Positions 51,656 to 62,188 of a stretch of 64,000 bases of DNA are shown piece after piece. Position 1 is the first letter of the stretch; the number at the start of each line of letters is the position of its first letter. Source of the stretch: Yuukianura sp. NJ FZ-2021 (taxonomy: Eukaryota); contig CM102283.1 of the NCBI GenBank assembly GCA_046563655.1, forward strand, positions 1,178,001-1,242,000, given 5' to 3'. A model generated the notes under the pieces. That model saw nothing but the letters and a program-made list of their open reading frames with translations, searched no databases and had not been told where the DNA came from. The position numbers and the translations under genes are program-made.

Positions 51656-53132
51656 CAAAAAAAAAATAGATTTTCGCAACTTTTTCAAAAAAAAAGGAGA
51701 AGGAAATGAAAAGAAGATGAAAAGAAAGTTTAGGAGAAGTTGGATTAGTACGGAAGACGTGAAATGAAAGTGCAACGTCGTCATGATTTCAGTAGCGGAT
51801 AATTCCATATAACTTTTCTTGCGCCGATTTCTTCTTTTCTCAACGGATCTTCACTTTTTCTTGCCTTTCTCCCGAATCTGATGGCGGAAGCAACTCAGGG
51901 AATTTGTAAACATCCATTTTTATGGGCCAGAGAAGAAAGTTTCCCACTTTCTGCGTCTCTTTTCTTTCTAAGTCGTACTGCGGATGCAAGAAGAAGATGA
52001 GCAGCTATAGCACAAGATCTCTTTGATGTGAGGTTTGTTAAGAAAGCAGTGGCAGCCAGCATCCCAGAGGCAATAACCATTTCAGCCTCCTCGGCTAAAC
52101 CCTAAGCCTTCTCTCTCAATCCTTTTGTGCGGGCACAAAAAGTCCAAATCTGCCAAAAAATTCTCGGTACTAAAATGAATGGTTTTTGCATTAGGAGGGA
52201 AAGCTAGTGAGATTTTCGTAGTCGCAAAACTTTCACTGGGGATTTGGAAATTGCCGCCAGCTCCTGCCCCTTACTAACTCCATCGTGCACTGAATTCCAG
52301 TGAATGAAGTTGAAAGACATTTATTTGGTTAGACCACTTCTGCACACATGGTAAAGTCTTTAAGAAAACAATGTTACCCAAACACATATAGGAAAGCCAA
52401 AACAATCTTTTGCAGTTTTTGCAATAATCGGTTTTTGGCGTCAAAATTTGAAAATCTTGTTTGATCGACCAAATTCTGCAGCTGCTTGGTTATGCAATTC
52501 AAACATTTCAATATCGATCCCTGCAAAGTTTGCAAAATTCGCCAATTTCAGTTCGTCCAGTATAGAGAAATTACTGCATTTTGCGAATCCGATTTTTGAG
52601 TATCGAGCTTCAAAAATTTCGGTTCGTCAAAACCCAAATTATTTTGGGGAATTTTTCCACAAATTTTAGAAATTCGAATCTGCCAGATCTGGCTTGTTAT
52701 TGCAAAAACGCAAATGTATCGGTTAGCTAGGCTTCAAGAAATGGCGGGAAATTACAAAAATTCTCGATCCGTCGAAAATAATTAACGAATCAATGACTTT
52801 TGTTCTCTGTTTGGTTTCGAAACATTCCGTTTTCGCTCGGAACACATAATGAGGTGAGTTTACAAGAAACAAGAATGACTTTGGCAGAAAAATGTAATAA
52901 AAATTTGTTTGATGAATTTGTCCTGAAATTATGAGTGTTGTGTCAAAGTGCCAAAGAGTTTAGCCATATTCGTTTTTTGGCGAGATTTCATATGGCACGT
53001 TGCCAAAAGATTTCCGCAAATTGCCGAAATTTTTGCAAATACCAAATGACTGCAATTTTTGCAAGTAGGGTGGTAAATGACCGGAAATTTGCTACCAGTT
53101 GACTCTTTGAAATTGTACGTGTCACCTTGTAC

Positions 53133-53444
53133 TGACGGGCTAATGAAAAGCCCAAGGAAACAAGAAGACGACCAGAACACTGATGATGATGTACTGCTAG
53201 TGGAAGGAGTGAACACTCCGTTTATTTAGATTACCGTTAAGTTTAGTTTACTAATTGGAGATTGAAAATAAAGTTAATTTGAAATTGGAAAATGGAGACT
53301 GAAGGGAGAGACTGACGAGAGGAGTTGTTGTTGTGTCGGAAGGTGGGAAGCCACTGAAGTTGTGTGTGCCGAAGGGAGACGGAGAAGAGCCGAGTCGTAC
53401 TTTGGGTTGCCTTGAGGTTGGGTTGCATAGGCTGTAACCCCTCA
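53133..53444 (-). repeat. 3' LTR (312 bp)
   Basis: Matches 61884-62188 apart from a 7-bp indel. Confidence 0.95.
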
Positions 53445-53863
53445 TGACCCCGCCGCCGAGACCAGAGCCGTCCCGGCTCGAAAAAACCTAAGGGGTACAA
53501 ATGGATGGGGTAGACCGTTCGTTGATTTTGGAAATCTTGAAATATTGTCGCCGAATGGAGTCCAGTTCCTGGAAATAGAACAAAATGGGGGGAAAAAGCG
53601 GGAATGGACTCTAAAAACAATAAAAATAATTAAACCAAATTGGGAGTTCTAATTTAGCAATTGATTTTAAGCCTAATTGAGGGGGAAAACGGGTAGGGGG
53701 AAAATTTAGGAAAAATACACGTCTGAGGCTAAATTTTGAAAGAATTAGGGTACTCTAAATGAAAAATCTGCCAATTATGAATGAATAAATGAAAAAATAG
53801 TGTCCATTACCGAAAAATTACCGGGGGAAAAAGCCAAATTGTCATCTGATGATCCACCACGCT

Positions 53864-54457
53864 TCAGTATCGCTGAGGGCGACGCTCACGCCTCGGAGTT
53901 GGACACGGATCTTCAACTCTGTCCCTGGCCACGATGTTTAAATGCGGAAATTGCGGGTTCTCTCTTCCTGGTGGATTCTGGGAACGGCCAATCGGAGGGA
54001 CGTGACGAGGAGCAGCTTGTCCGAAAGGACGTGCATGACGACGAGTGACTGGAGGCTGCAAAGTTAATCCCATGAGGGGAACCGGTGGAGATTGTGGCTC
54101 GAAAATCATCACTGCGTCCAGCACAGACTTTGGGACCTGAAAAGGGTGGAAACGGGTGGGGCGACGACGTTTCGGCCTAGGAGGGGGAGAAACGGGAGTG
54201 GGGACAAGTGGCGGAAACCAAGTAGTTGGTGGCCTGGAGTCTAAAATGGGCTCTGTCTCCATCACAACTGGCTCAATTGGCGCTGGAGGTGGGCCAAACT
54301 CCTCTCCCAGAAGCAGAAGTTCTTGTTCCGGGGTCGGAAGTGGCTCTGCTGCTTCCGACTCAGACAACTCCAAAAGAGAATCTTCTTCCATAGGAAGCGA
54401 AGGAGCAGTACACTCCTGAAGCGAAAGATCCTCTGCAGCTTTAGTTAACTCCTCCAT
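53864..54457 (-). CDS. Retrotransposon ORF3, acidic/proline-rich 197 aa, unknown function
   Basis: ATG-initiated ORF directly preceded by the acceptor-like ttttttctgcttttcag|ACATGG. Confidence 0.55.
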   Translation of the reverse strand: MEELTKAAEDLSLQECTAPSLPMEEDSLLELSESEAAEPLPTPEQELLLLGEEFGPPPAPIEPVVMETEPILDSRPPTTWFPPLVPTPVSPPPRPKRRRPTRFHPFQVPKSVLDAVMIFEPQSPPVPLMGLTLQPPVTRRHARPFGQAAPRHVPPIGRSQNPPGRENPQFPHLNIVARDRVEDPCPTPRRERRPQRY

Positions 54458-54531
54458 GTCTGAAAAGCAGAAAAAAGATAAAATGAATAAAAGAATTGAA
54501 AACTAACTTAACTAACTAAATGCGCGCATGG

Positions 54532-57500
54532 TTATTTTTTGTTTGCGGGGGGTTTTCTCGGTCGTAATCGGCCCAGCCATTGCAAAATTGCGCTGTTTTG
54601 AGGGGCTGGTGGCTCAGAAGCGGTGGCAGGTCCACTACTGGGCAGAACTGGATCGTTCTCGAGATGCAGGATTTCTCGAGACTCCAATTCCTTATCTTTT
54701 CCAATGTCAGCGACTGACGACCTAGAATCAAAGGGGGTTAGGGAAGGGGGGGAATCGGAAATGGTGGAAACGGGCAAACGGGTATCTGAATTAGGGGACA
54801 AAACGGGCAAAGACGAAGTAGATTCGAGGTCAAAGGGGTCAAATTCTTCTATTTCGATTTCTTCTCGGGGCTCCTTGTAGAGTTTGATTTGAGATGTAGA
54901 AACGACAAAAGCTTTGCGTCTCTTCACGATACTCTGGATTTTGACATTGACTGGGCTGATAACCTCCAAAATCTTGTAGGGACCTTTCCACTTAGGCTCA
55001 AATTTTCGGACATGTCGTTTCCTGAGACGAAAGTTCATCCAGAGAACAATGTCCCCAACGAAGTATTTGCGAGGTTTACGTTTCTTGCTGACTTCTGCCT
55101 GTCGATGGACTTGATCTTTTCGTGTCCTTTGGGAAGCAATGACATTTGCAACTTCCGAACGAAGCTGAACTGTTTCCGGTGACTCTAAAATGGGGTTTTC
55201 AACAATCGGGAAGAGCTTATCCGTTTTGACAACGGGCTCTCTACCAAAGGCTAAGTAATAAGGTGAGAATTTTGTTACCTTGTGTGTTGAGCAATTAATT
55301 GAAAAAACGACCTTATGTAGATGCAAATCCCAATCCTTGTGGTTGTCAGCGACAAGTTTGGCCAGAGTGGCTTTGATGGTTCCGTTGTGTCTCTCCACGA
55401 CTCCGTTGGCCTGCGGATTGTAAGCTGCTGATCTCCGGACTTTGATTCCGTAGTCTTTAAGATGATCCTGGAATTCGGCTGACATGAAGTGAGATCCTTG
55501 ATCCATGAGGATTTGAGACGGAATTCCATGGCGGGAAAATACGTGTTGCTCCAGAATCTTGATGGCATTTTCTGAGGTCGAATTGGTTACGGGCCAGGCT
55601 TCCATGTACCGGGTATGGAGGTCAGTCACCACTAGGACGTGAGTTTTCTTCCGGGCAGTCATTGGAAACGGGCCCTGGTAGTCCAACGATAAGGAATGAA
55701 ACGGAATCGGTGGAATTGGATCCGGAAGTCCTGGTGGAGGCAGTGGAAAGTTCCGTTTCTGAAAAATCTGACACTCATGGCAAGCAGTTACGAACTTTAC
55801 AACGTCTCTATACATGTTTTTCCAGTAAAATTTAGAACGAACCATGTACCAAGTCTTGAAAATGCCCAAATGACAAAGGGAATCCTCGTGAATGCTCCGA
55901 ATTGTCTCGGTTCTCAGAGAAACGGGAAGACAAAGACGCCAAAGTGATCCGAATTCTTCGTAATTTGCATGGTAAAGTAGTCCATCTCTCAAGCTGAATT
56001 CTCCAATGTCCTTAGGGGGAGGAGTCAAAAGGGGGGTACCTGCTAAACGAGAGCGGAGATGGTCAATCAGAAATCGCCATTTCTGGTCTTTAAGTTGAAG
56101 TTTCAGCAGTTGCTCCTTCGTGACTTTCCTAGAACCTAAGGGAAAGAGAGAAAGGGCTAAGAGGTGACCTTCAATTGCTAAATGATCGCAATCTGAGGGA
56201 GCGGGCCAAACGGGATTGCGGGAAAGTGGATCAGCGTCTTGGTGTACACGGCCGGAGCGATGTATAACCTGAAAATCGTAAGGCTGAAGTGCAATAGCCC
56301 ACCTAGCGAGTCTCCCATGGGGGTCACGAAAACGGAGAAGGGACGTTAAGGCTCTATGATCCGTTATAAGTTTAAAATGTCTCCCGTAGAGGTAAGGACG
56401 AAAATGGGAAACAGCCCAAATCGCTGCCTTCATCTCGAGTTCTGCTGCTCCGTAGTTAGATTCTGTCTTCGAAGTGACCCTAGACGCGTAGGCGATTACC
56501 TTCTCAACTCCATCAATTGTCTGGACGAGGGTGGCACCGAAACCAATGGCGCTCGCGTCTGTGTGAATGGAAGTTGGCGCATCTTCTGAGGGGAAAGCTA
56601 GAACAGGAGGGGAGGACAAAAGGGCTTTGAGCGCTGTAAAGGCAGTCTCAGCTTCTTGACTCCAAACGAATTCGTCTCCTGGTTTTGCTCCACAAAGTGC
56701 GTGCAGTGGTCTGGCGACAGAAGCAAATCCTTCCATGAACTTTCTGTAGTAGGAGCAGAGACTGACGAAGGAACGAACTCCTTTGGTGTTTGTCGGTCTT
56801 GGGAATTCCATAACTGCAGCAACTTTCTCTGGATTTGGACGAATTCCTTCTGAAGAGACGATGTGACCCAGAAATTTCAACTCATGATGTCCGAAAAGGC
56901 ACTTCTTGGGTTTCAAAGTCAAGTTAGCGGATCGTAGAGCTGCAAAAACTTGGTCGAGGTGGGCCAAATGGTCAGAGAAGGTGCGGGAAAAAATGGTTAT
57001 GTCGTCCAAGTACACAAGCGCACTTGTCCATTTGAGATTTCCAAGGACGCGATCGATTAGTCTCTGCCAAGTCCCAGGAGCATTTGAAAGTCCGAAAGGC
57101 ATTACGTCGAACTGGTACTGGCCGTCAGGGGTGACAAACGCCGTTTTTTCCTTGTCCTCTTCTGCAATTTCGACTTGGTAGTATGCCTGGTCGCAGTCGA
57201 CTGAAGAAAAGTACTTGGCTCCTCCAAGTCGATCCAAAGTGTCGTCGATCCTAGGAAGCGGGTAGGAGTCTTTCTTGGTTAGGGCATTGACACGCCGGTA
57301 GTCGACGCAGAAGCGCCAACTGTCGTCTGACTTCTTGACAAGGACAACCGGGGAACTCCAGGGACTGTTTGATTCACGGACAAAGCCGAGGTCCATGAGG
57401 CGGTAAACTTCCTTGGCGATTTCTTGACGTTCAATTGGACCGACGCGATAAGGATGAGATCTGACTGGCCTGGCGTTTCCTGTGTCGATGTGGTGCTGGA

Positions 57501-59088
57501 CTAAATGGGTACGGCCAATTTCTGTGGGATTTGAAGAGAACATGTCCCTGTTCTGGAACAGAAGCTCACGAAGAGACGACTTTTCTTCCGGAGTTAGCCT
57601 TTCCCCAAGTTGTAGTTCGAGTTGGTCGAATCGTTTCTGCAGAATGGCGAGTTCCTCCTCTGGACTGAAGTCTACAGAGAGGCCGCAAATGACTGGCTTG
57701 ACTGTGGCTGGATCTACTGTCTTCTGGGAACCTGAAAGGCCTTGAAACGGGCACCAATCTCCAATGATGGTGGATCTGAAGACACGAATAGGGGAATTAG
57801 TCAAGTTCCAAAGAAATGTAATGCCTTTGCCATTGTCAAGTGAAACGATACAGTTACCGACAGCTACATGTTGTTTTTCTTGGAATTCCTGGTTCGGGGT
57901 GATGGCTATGTCTCCGGAGAAAGCGACGCTGGACTTGATGTTGACTCTCTTCATGCACCCAGGGAGAATGTCGTACGTCCGATCCAGAGAAACTGTTCTG
58001 CGCATGTCAGAAGAATCGGAGGATGACGTAGATTCTGTGTCTGCGGGCTGCGACGCTGTAGTTTTTGCAGATTCTGAGCAAGTGGAGCAAGTGGAGCTCG
58101 TGGTGAGCGTTTCAGCCTTTGTTGAATCGTCTGAGGGTGCAGTGGTCTGAGATAGGGTAGTGGACTGTAGTGACTGTTTTTCTGGAGGCTGAGACTGCGC
58201 TTTAGGACCTGGGGGAGTAGAGGGGCAAAACGGGTTTGTGTCCTGGCGCCGCCACATCAGCGCGTTCTTCGGATCCAGAAGAAAATCGTAATGGAGGATG
58301 AAGTCCATGCCTATGACTACGGGGTTAGAAAGGTTGGGGATGACGTAGAAAAAATACGAATAATTACAACCAAAAAATTCAAATTTGACAAGTGCAACCT
58401 GATTGATGAAGGACTCCGGGCCAGTAACAGAAAATGCTGTTTTCATGGGGGTAATTTCATGAACAGCCTCAACGGAAGAAGAAATACGACGCAAAAATTG
58501 GGGATTCATTGCACAAATAGACGCTCCAGTGTCCGCTAAAGCGCTTTCTTCAAAACCAGAAAAGAAAATCGGGACTTTAAGTGTATGGTGGACAGAAGGG
58601 GGCGAGGGGCGACTATCTCGGGCAGTAAAAGTACCAAATCCACCTAAAACCTGAGAATCTAAATCATCAAAATTAGACATGGGGGAACAGGGGGGTCTTA
58701 CATACATCGAATTAGATGACTCCGGGCGATCTGCACACTGGGACCGGGCGATCCTATGAGTAAATCGGGGATTCGGTGAAAAATTAGAAAAATCAGAACG
58801 GGGGGGATGACGAGATGATGGGACCTTGGGAGAAATCGGGCTGGGATTTGGAGCGGGGGCCGAATTAGTTTGAGTTCCTGAAGTGGAACCCGGAGAATTG
58901 CGCGGCTTTTCTAACCTAGAGACTAAACTAGTGAAAAAATTGTTTAAAGTATTAGAATCAATGAGAACGTACTTACTAGATTGCCGGGAGACAGGAGGAT
59001 TCCTACCAAAAACCCTCTTTCTCCTGGAATTTACGACACGAGATGGTGGATGCTGTCGTTCCTGCAACGGCAGCTTAGTTAGTTTCCC
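54532..59088 (-). CDS. pol: pol polyprotein (PR, RT, RNase H, integrase), reached by predicted -1 frameshift
   Basis: ALADTGAS, RFCVDYR, MPFGL, YLDD, TDAS, TDH, HHCC zinc region, SLDYQGP, MDQG and NGVVERHN. Confidence 0.95.
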   Translation of the reverse strand, partial: GKLTKLPLQERQHPPSRVVNSRRKRVFGRNPPVSRQSSKYVLIDSNTLNNFFTSLVSRLEKPRNSPGSTSGTQTNSAPAPNPSPISPKVPSSRHPPRSDFSNFSPNPRFTHRIARSQCADRPESSNSMYVRPPCSPMSNFDDLDSQVLGGFGTFTARDSRPSPPSVHHTLKVPIFFSGFEESALADTGASICAMNPQFLRRISSSVEAVHEITPMKTAFSVTGPESFINQVALVKFEFFGCNYSYFFYVIPNLSNPVVIGMDFILHYDFLLDPKNALMWRRQDTNPFCPSTPPGPKAQSQPPEKQSLQSTTLSQTTAPSDDSTKAETLTTSSTCSTCSESAKTTASQPADTESTSSSDSSDMRRTVSLDRTYDILPGCMKRVNIKSSVAFSGDIAITPNQEFQEKQHVAVGNCIVSLDNGKGITFLWNLTNSPIRVFRSTIIGDWCPFQGLSGSQKTVDPATVKPVICGLSVDFSPEEELAILQKRFDQLELQLGERLTPEEKSSLRELLFQNRDMFSSNPTEIGRTHLVQHHIDTGNARPVRSHPYRVGPIERQEIAKEVYRLMDLGFVRESNSPWSSPVVLVKKSDDSWRFCVDYRRVNALTKKDSYPLPRIDDTLDRLGGAKYFSSVDCDQAYYQVEIAEEDKEKTAFVTPDGQYQFDVMPFGLSNAPGTWQRLIDRVLGNLKWTSALVYLDDITIFSRTFSDHLAHLDQVFAALRSANLTLKPKKCLFGHHELKFLGHIVSSEGIRPNPEKVAAVMEFPRPTNTKGVRSFVSLCSYYRKFMEGFASVARPLHALCGAKPGDEFVWSQEAETAFTALKALLSSPPVLAFPSEDAPTSIHTDASAIGFGATLVQTIDGVEKVIAYASRVTSKTESNYGAAELEMKAAIWAVSHFRPYLYGRHFKLITDHRALTSLLRFRDPHGRLARWAIALQPYDFQVIHRSGRVHQDADPLSRNPVWPAPSDCDHLAIEGHLLALSLFPLGSRKVTKEQLLKLQLKDQKWRFLIDHLRSRLAGTPLLTPPPKDIGEFSLRDGLLYHANYEEFGSLWRLCLPVSLRTETIRSIHEDSLCHLGIFKTWYMVRSKFYWKNMYRDVVKFVTACHECQIFQKRNFPLPPPGLPDPIPPIPFHSLSLDYQGPFPMTARKKTHVLVVTDLHTRYMEAWPVTNSTSENAIKILEQHVFSRHGIPSQILMDQGSHFMSAEFQDHLKDYGIKVRRSAAYNPQANGVVERHNGTIKATLAKLVADNHKDWDLHLHKVVFSINCSTHKVTKFSPYYLAFGREPVVKTDKLFPIVENPILESPETVQLRSEVANVIASQRTRKDQVHRQAEVSKKRKPRKYFVGDIVLWMNFRLRKRHVRKFEPKWKGPYKILEVISPVNVKIQSIVKRRKAFVVSTSQIKLYKEPREEIEIEEFDPFDLESTSSLPVLSPNSDTRLPVSTISDSPPSLTPFDSRSSVADIGKDKELESREILHLENDPVLPSSGPATASEPPAPQNSAILQWLGRLRPRKPPANKK
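59052..59088 (-). other. Predicted -1 ribosomal frameshift signal
   Basis: G GGA AAC heptamer just before the gag TAA, a 7-nt spacer, then the stem-loop GCTGCCGTT-gcagg-AACGACAGC. Confidence 0.8.
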
Positions 59089-60572
59089 GCCCCCGGAGGA
59101 GCTGGATTTTGTGGCTGGGTTGGTGGGTTCGGTTGACCTTGACCCTGTCTGGTCAGTATATCCAAGGAACGCTGAATGGACTCGAACATCTGCAAGTAAG
59201 GATCGGGCGTAGGTCGTTGTTGTTGTTGTGGTGGGGCTGGCTGCTGAACGGGAAGAGAAAGGAGGGATGGAATTGGGGCAGGTTGTGTTCCAGCCGCTGC
59301 ATGAGCAGCCTGTGCATCCCTCAACGAATCCAAATACTGGAAGCATCTGGGTTTGATGTGGCCCGGTTTCCCACAATGATGACAAATGAGATGACTTTGA
59401 CGGCCTTGACCTTGACCTGGGCGAGCGTAGTCCCGACTCTGACTGTTGTACCTAGGAGCATAATTGGAGGGACCCGGGTAATTGTTGTATTGTCTTTGTT
59501 CGTAGCCTGACGGTCCACGGAGAGCTTCACGAGGGGGTTCTCGCTGCTGTTCATTTCCGACTCCTAATCCTTGGACTTTGGCTTGAGTGGCTGGTAGCTC
59601 ATTGGAAGGACGTCTTGAGTTAACTTCAGCCATCTTACGAAGCTTCTGAAGGAATTCGTGGGGATTCCTGAAGGACAAAAGGGCAAAGGAACGTTCCATG
59701 TCCAGGGGCAATCCACGGGTCAAGAGGTCAACCTTGTCCAAGTCAGACATATAGGGATCCAGACCCTTGAAAATCTCCAGCTTCTTGAAAACGTAGTTGT
59801 CTGGATTGTCCCCAACCGAAAATCTCAAGTTCCTGTTCCTCTCCTGAAATTCCGACTTCCTGTCTCTGAGAGAGAAATGATTTAGAAATTGATCCTGAAA
59901 CTCAGACCAGATTAATGCAACGTCCAAACCTTGGTTTAATTTGAATTTAAAATTTGGCCAGGCTGACGCATACCACGACGCAGCCAAACCTTCCAGTACC
60001 CTGTCAAATCCCTCCAACATGAATTTCATGGAGGCACCCTGTTCCGATAAATCGGAGACATACCGATCCAAAAACTCCTCAGGATCTCCCTTCCCATCAT
60101 ACTTGCGAAGGTCCCTAAAAATGTTGATTCCTGGGCCTGAGTGAGCTGGAATGGGGACAATCGGTTGGTTGGGGAGAGCCATGATTCTTGGGGTGGGTGC
60201 TGGATTTGTGGGGAGAGAAACGGGAGGGACTGGAGCAGGCTCTGGAGCTGGTGGGGCTACAAACGGGACAGGGACCGGTTCTGGCGGAGGAGGAGCAACA
60301 GTGACTGTAGGTACGGTCTGTGCCTCCGGTGGAAAAAGTGTGACTTGCGATACTTGTCTCTGTCTGCGTGATGTAGTAGGCTCGTCTACAATTCGGGGAG
60401 AACGAGGTGACGTAGCCTGTGAACGGCGAAGTGGTGGTGGCTCCAATTGGCCAAGTACTCTGGGACGTGGAGATCTGGGTTCGGGTTGCGGTGTCTGGGC
60501 AGTTGGAGTTTTCGGTGGTTCGATTTGCTGCTGCTGATCTAAAGAGTTACTCAACATCCAACTCGCAAACAT
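59079..60572 (-). CDS. gag: gag (capsid plus CCHC zinc knuckle)
   Basis: KYDGKGDPEEFL, LEGLAASWY and CHHCGKPGHIKPRC. Confidence 0.92.
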   Translation of the reverse strand: MFASWMLSNSLDQQQQIEPPKTPTAQTPQPEPRSPRPRVLGQLEPPPLRRSQATSPRSPRIVDEPTTSRRQRQVSQVTLFPPEAQTVPTVTVAPPPPEPVPVPFVAPPAPEPAPVPPVSLPTNPAPTPRIMALPNQPIVPIPAHSGPGINIFRDLRKYDGKGDPEEFLDRYVSDLSEQGASMKFMLEGFDRVLEGLAASWYASAWPNFKFKLNQGLDVALIWSEFQDQFLNHFSLRDRKSEFQERNRNLRFSVGDNPDNYVFKKLEIFKGLDPYMSDLDKVDLLTRGLPLDMERSFALLSFRNPHEFLQKLRKMAEVNSRRPSNELPATQAKVQGLGVGNEQQREPPREALRGPSGYEQRQYNNYPGPSNYAPRYNSQSRDYARPGQGQGRQSHLICHHCGKPGHIKPRCFQYLDSLRDAQAAHAAAGTQPAPIPSLLSLPVQQPAPPQQQQRPTPDPYLQMFESIQRSLDILTRQGQGQPNPPTQPQNPAPPGAGN

Positions 60573-60627
60573 AGTTAGGACCCAATTTCAAAAAAAAGTT
60601 TAGAAAAAAAAAGTTCGAACCGTTCCC

Positions 60628-60954
60628 TTAGATAAAAGAAATGTCGTACAGGGTGAAGTGACTCAGTCCCAGTACGTCGAGGTGGAAGTAGATCAGTCTC
60701 CCCACGATTGTGATGAAAAACCAAACTTCAGCGTCGTAAAGTACCGGTATGAAAATTGCAAAGTGCCGGTGACGACGGTAGTAGATGAGTGGAAGGACGT
60801 GGAAGAGCAGATAATTCCAGAAATATGACAACAATCCAGGTAAACAGCGTCGGTCTATGTTCAGCGCGATGAATTTTGTAAGTTCGGCTGCTTCAGGGAG
60901 ATTGACCATCAATAGTGAACCGAAAATCGCAAAAAGAATTGCTCTCCACTGCAT
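60628..60954 (-). CDS. Small hydrophobic ORF (108 aa from ATG) upstream of gag
   Basis: MQWRAILFAIFGSLLMV... has two or three hydrophobic segments and a basic RRHRH patch. Confidence 0.5.
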   Translation of the reverse strand: MQWRAILFAIFGSLLMVNLPEAAELTKFIALNIDRRCLPGLLSYFWNYLLFHVLPLIYYRRHRHFAIFIPVLYDAEVWFFITIVGRLIYFHLDVLGLSHFTLYDISFI

Positions 60955-61883
60955 TAGTTTGTAAGGAACTAAGTTAAACAAACAGAAAATTAGTACGGCC
61001 AAAATTCAGACATTGTTTTTAATTAAATCCTGCACAAAACTTAATTTTAGAAAAAATTTCGCATTAGTTTTGCAAAAAATCCTGCAAAAGAAAGGAATTT
61101 GGGAATTTGCAATTCAGTTTCGCAATTTAGAATTGGTAATTGGCAGTCCTTCCCGTGTTGTAGGCTTCTAAAAAGGGAAAACGGTTTTGTAGTTTTGCAA
61201 TGGCAATTGCAAAACTACTGGTGAATGATGATGGTTGTTGAAGAAGTTTCTAGAAGGAGGGGAAAAAAGGAGGGGTGGCCGTCATGTAGCATGGGACGGG
61301 TGGAGGAAGTGAACTCTTCCTTCTTCTTCCTCCTCTTCTTCACCACACAGCAACCTCCATCTTGGCTTCTCTTGCCTCGTGCATGCTGGCTGCCATCTTG
61401 GTTTTTCGCCTTTTTCCACCTAAATTTGATGTTTTCGGGGTCAAAGTGACCTCGAAATGACCTAAAATGGGAAGAAACGGGAGGGGGGAACAATTACCCG
61501 TTGAAATTATGAAAGTGGGGCCAGTCTGAGCCACCAAAACCACAACTTTCCTTCTTTCAAAAAAAAATTTGCGCAGGGAGGGCCTCTAAAATGGTAAAAT
61601 CGGGTAAAATTACAATCGATATAAGCTCTGCCACTGAGCTACACGCCAATTGACCTTTGATTTTGTACCTGGGAAGGGAAAAACGGGAATGGGGGGGAGC
61701 GGAGCAATCGTTGAACGACTATCTCGCGCGCAAGGACCAGCAAAAAACGAAAACCGATACTTTACCGACTTGTCTTCGCTTGAATTGACGGTTGCTGTCC
61801 ACTGAGGTCAAGTGACGATGATAGGAGAGGTCGTTGGCTCGTTGTGAAGGCCCCTTGTGCAGCACGAAGCGTAGTCCACCACT

Positions 61884-62188
61884 TGACGGGCTAATGAAAA
61901 GCCCAAGGAAACAAGAAGACGACCAGAACACTGATGATGATGTACTGCTAGTGGAAGGAGTGAACACTCCGTTTATTTAGATTACCGTTAAGTTTAGTTT
62001 ACTAATTGAAAATAAAGTTAATTTGAAATTGGAAAATGGAGACTGAAGGGAGAGACTGACGAGAGGAGTTGTTGTTGTGTCGGAAGGTGGGAAGCCACTG
62101 AAGTTGTGTGTGCCGAAGGGAGACGGAGAAGAGCCGAGTCGTACTTTGGGTTGCCTTGAGGTTGGGTTGCATAGGCTGTAACCCCTCA
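61884..62188 (-). repeat. 5' LTR (305 bp)
   Basis: Direct repeat of 53133-53444. Confidence 0.95.

Larger units (their letters stand above)
53133..62188 (-). mobile_element. Full-length Ty3/gypsy LTR retrotransposon
   Basis: Two TG...CA LTRs, 4-bp TSD GTAC, PBS-like TGGTGGACTACG after the 5' LTR, and intact gag and pol (order PR-RT-RH-IN). Confidence 0.97.

Noticed and set aside
51895-52080. Hydrophobic ORF as the missing first tetraspanin exon
   Set aside because: It has no convincing TM1 pattern or compatible splice donor.
52395-52730. Possible decayed MITE (tttttgcaataa inverted pair); similar weak pair at 7716-7855
   Set aside because: The IRs are short and degenerate, and no TSD could be defined.
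59089-59385. Independent start for pol at 59385
   Set aside because: This stretch overlaps gag, and the slippery site at 59082-59088 explains pol expression better.
61215-61543. Additional short ORFs in the retrotransposon leader
   Set aside because: They lack a suitable ATG or are very short, and derive from purine-rich low-complexity sequence.
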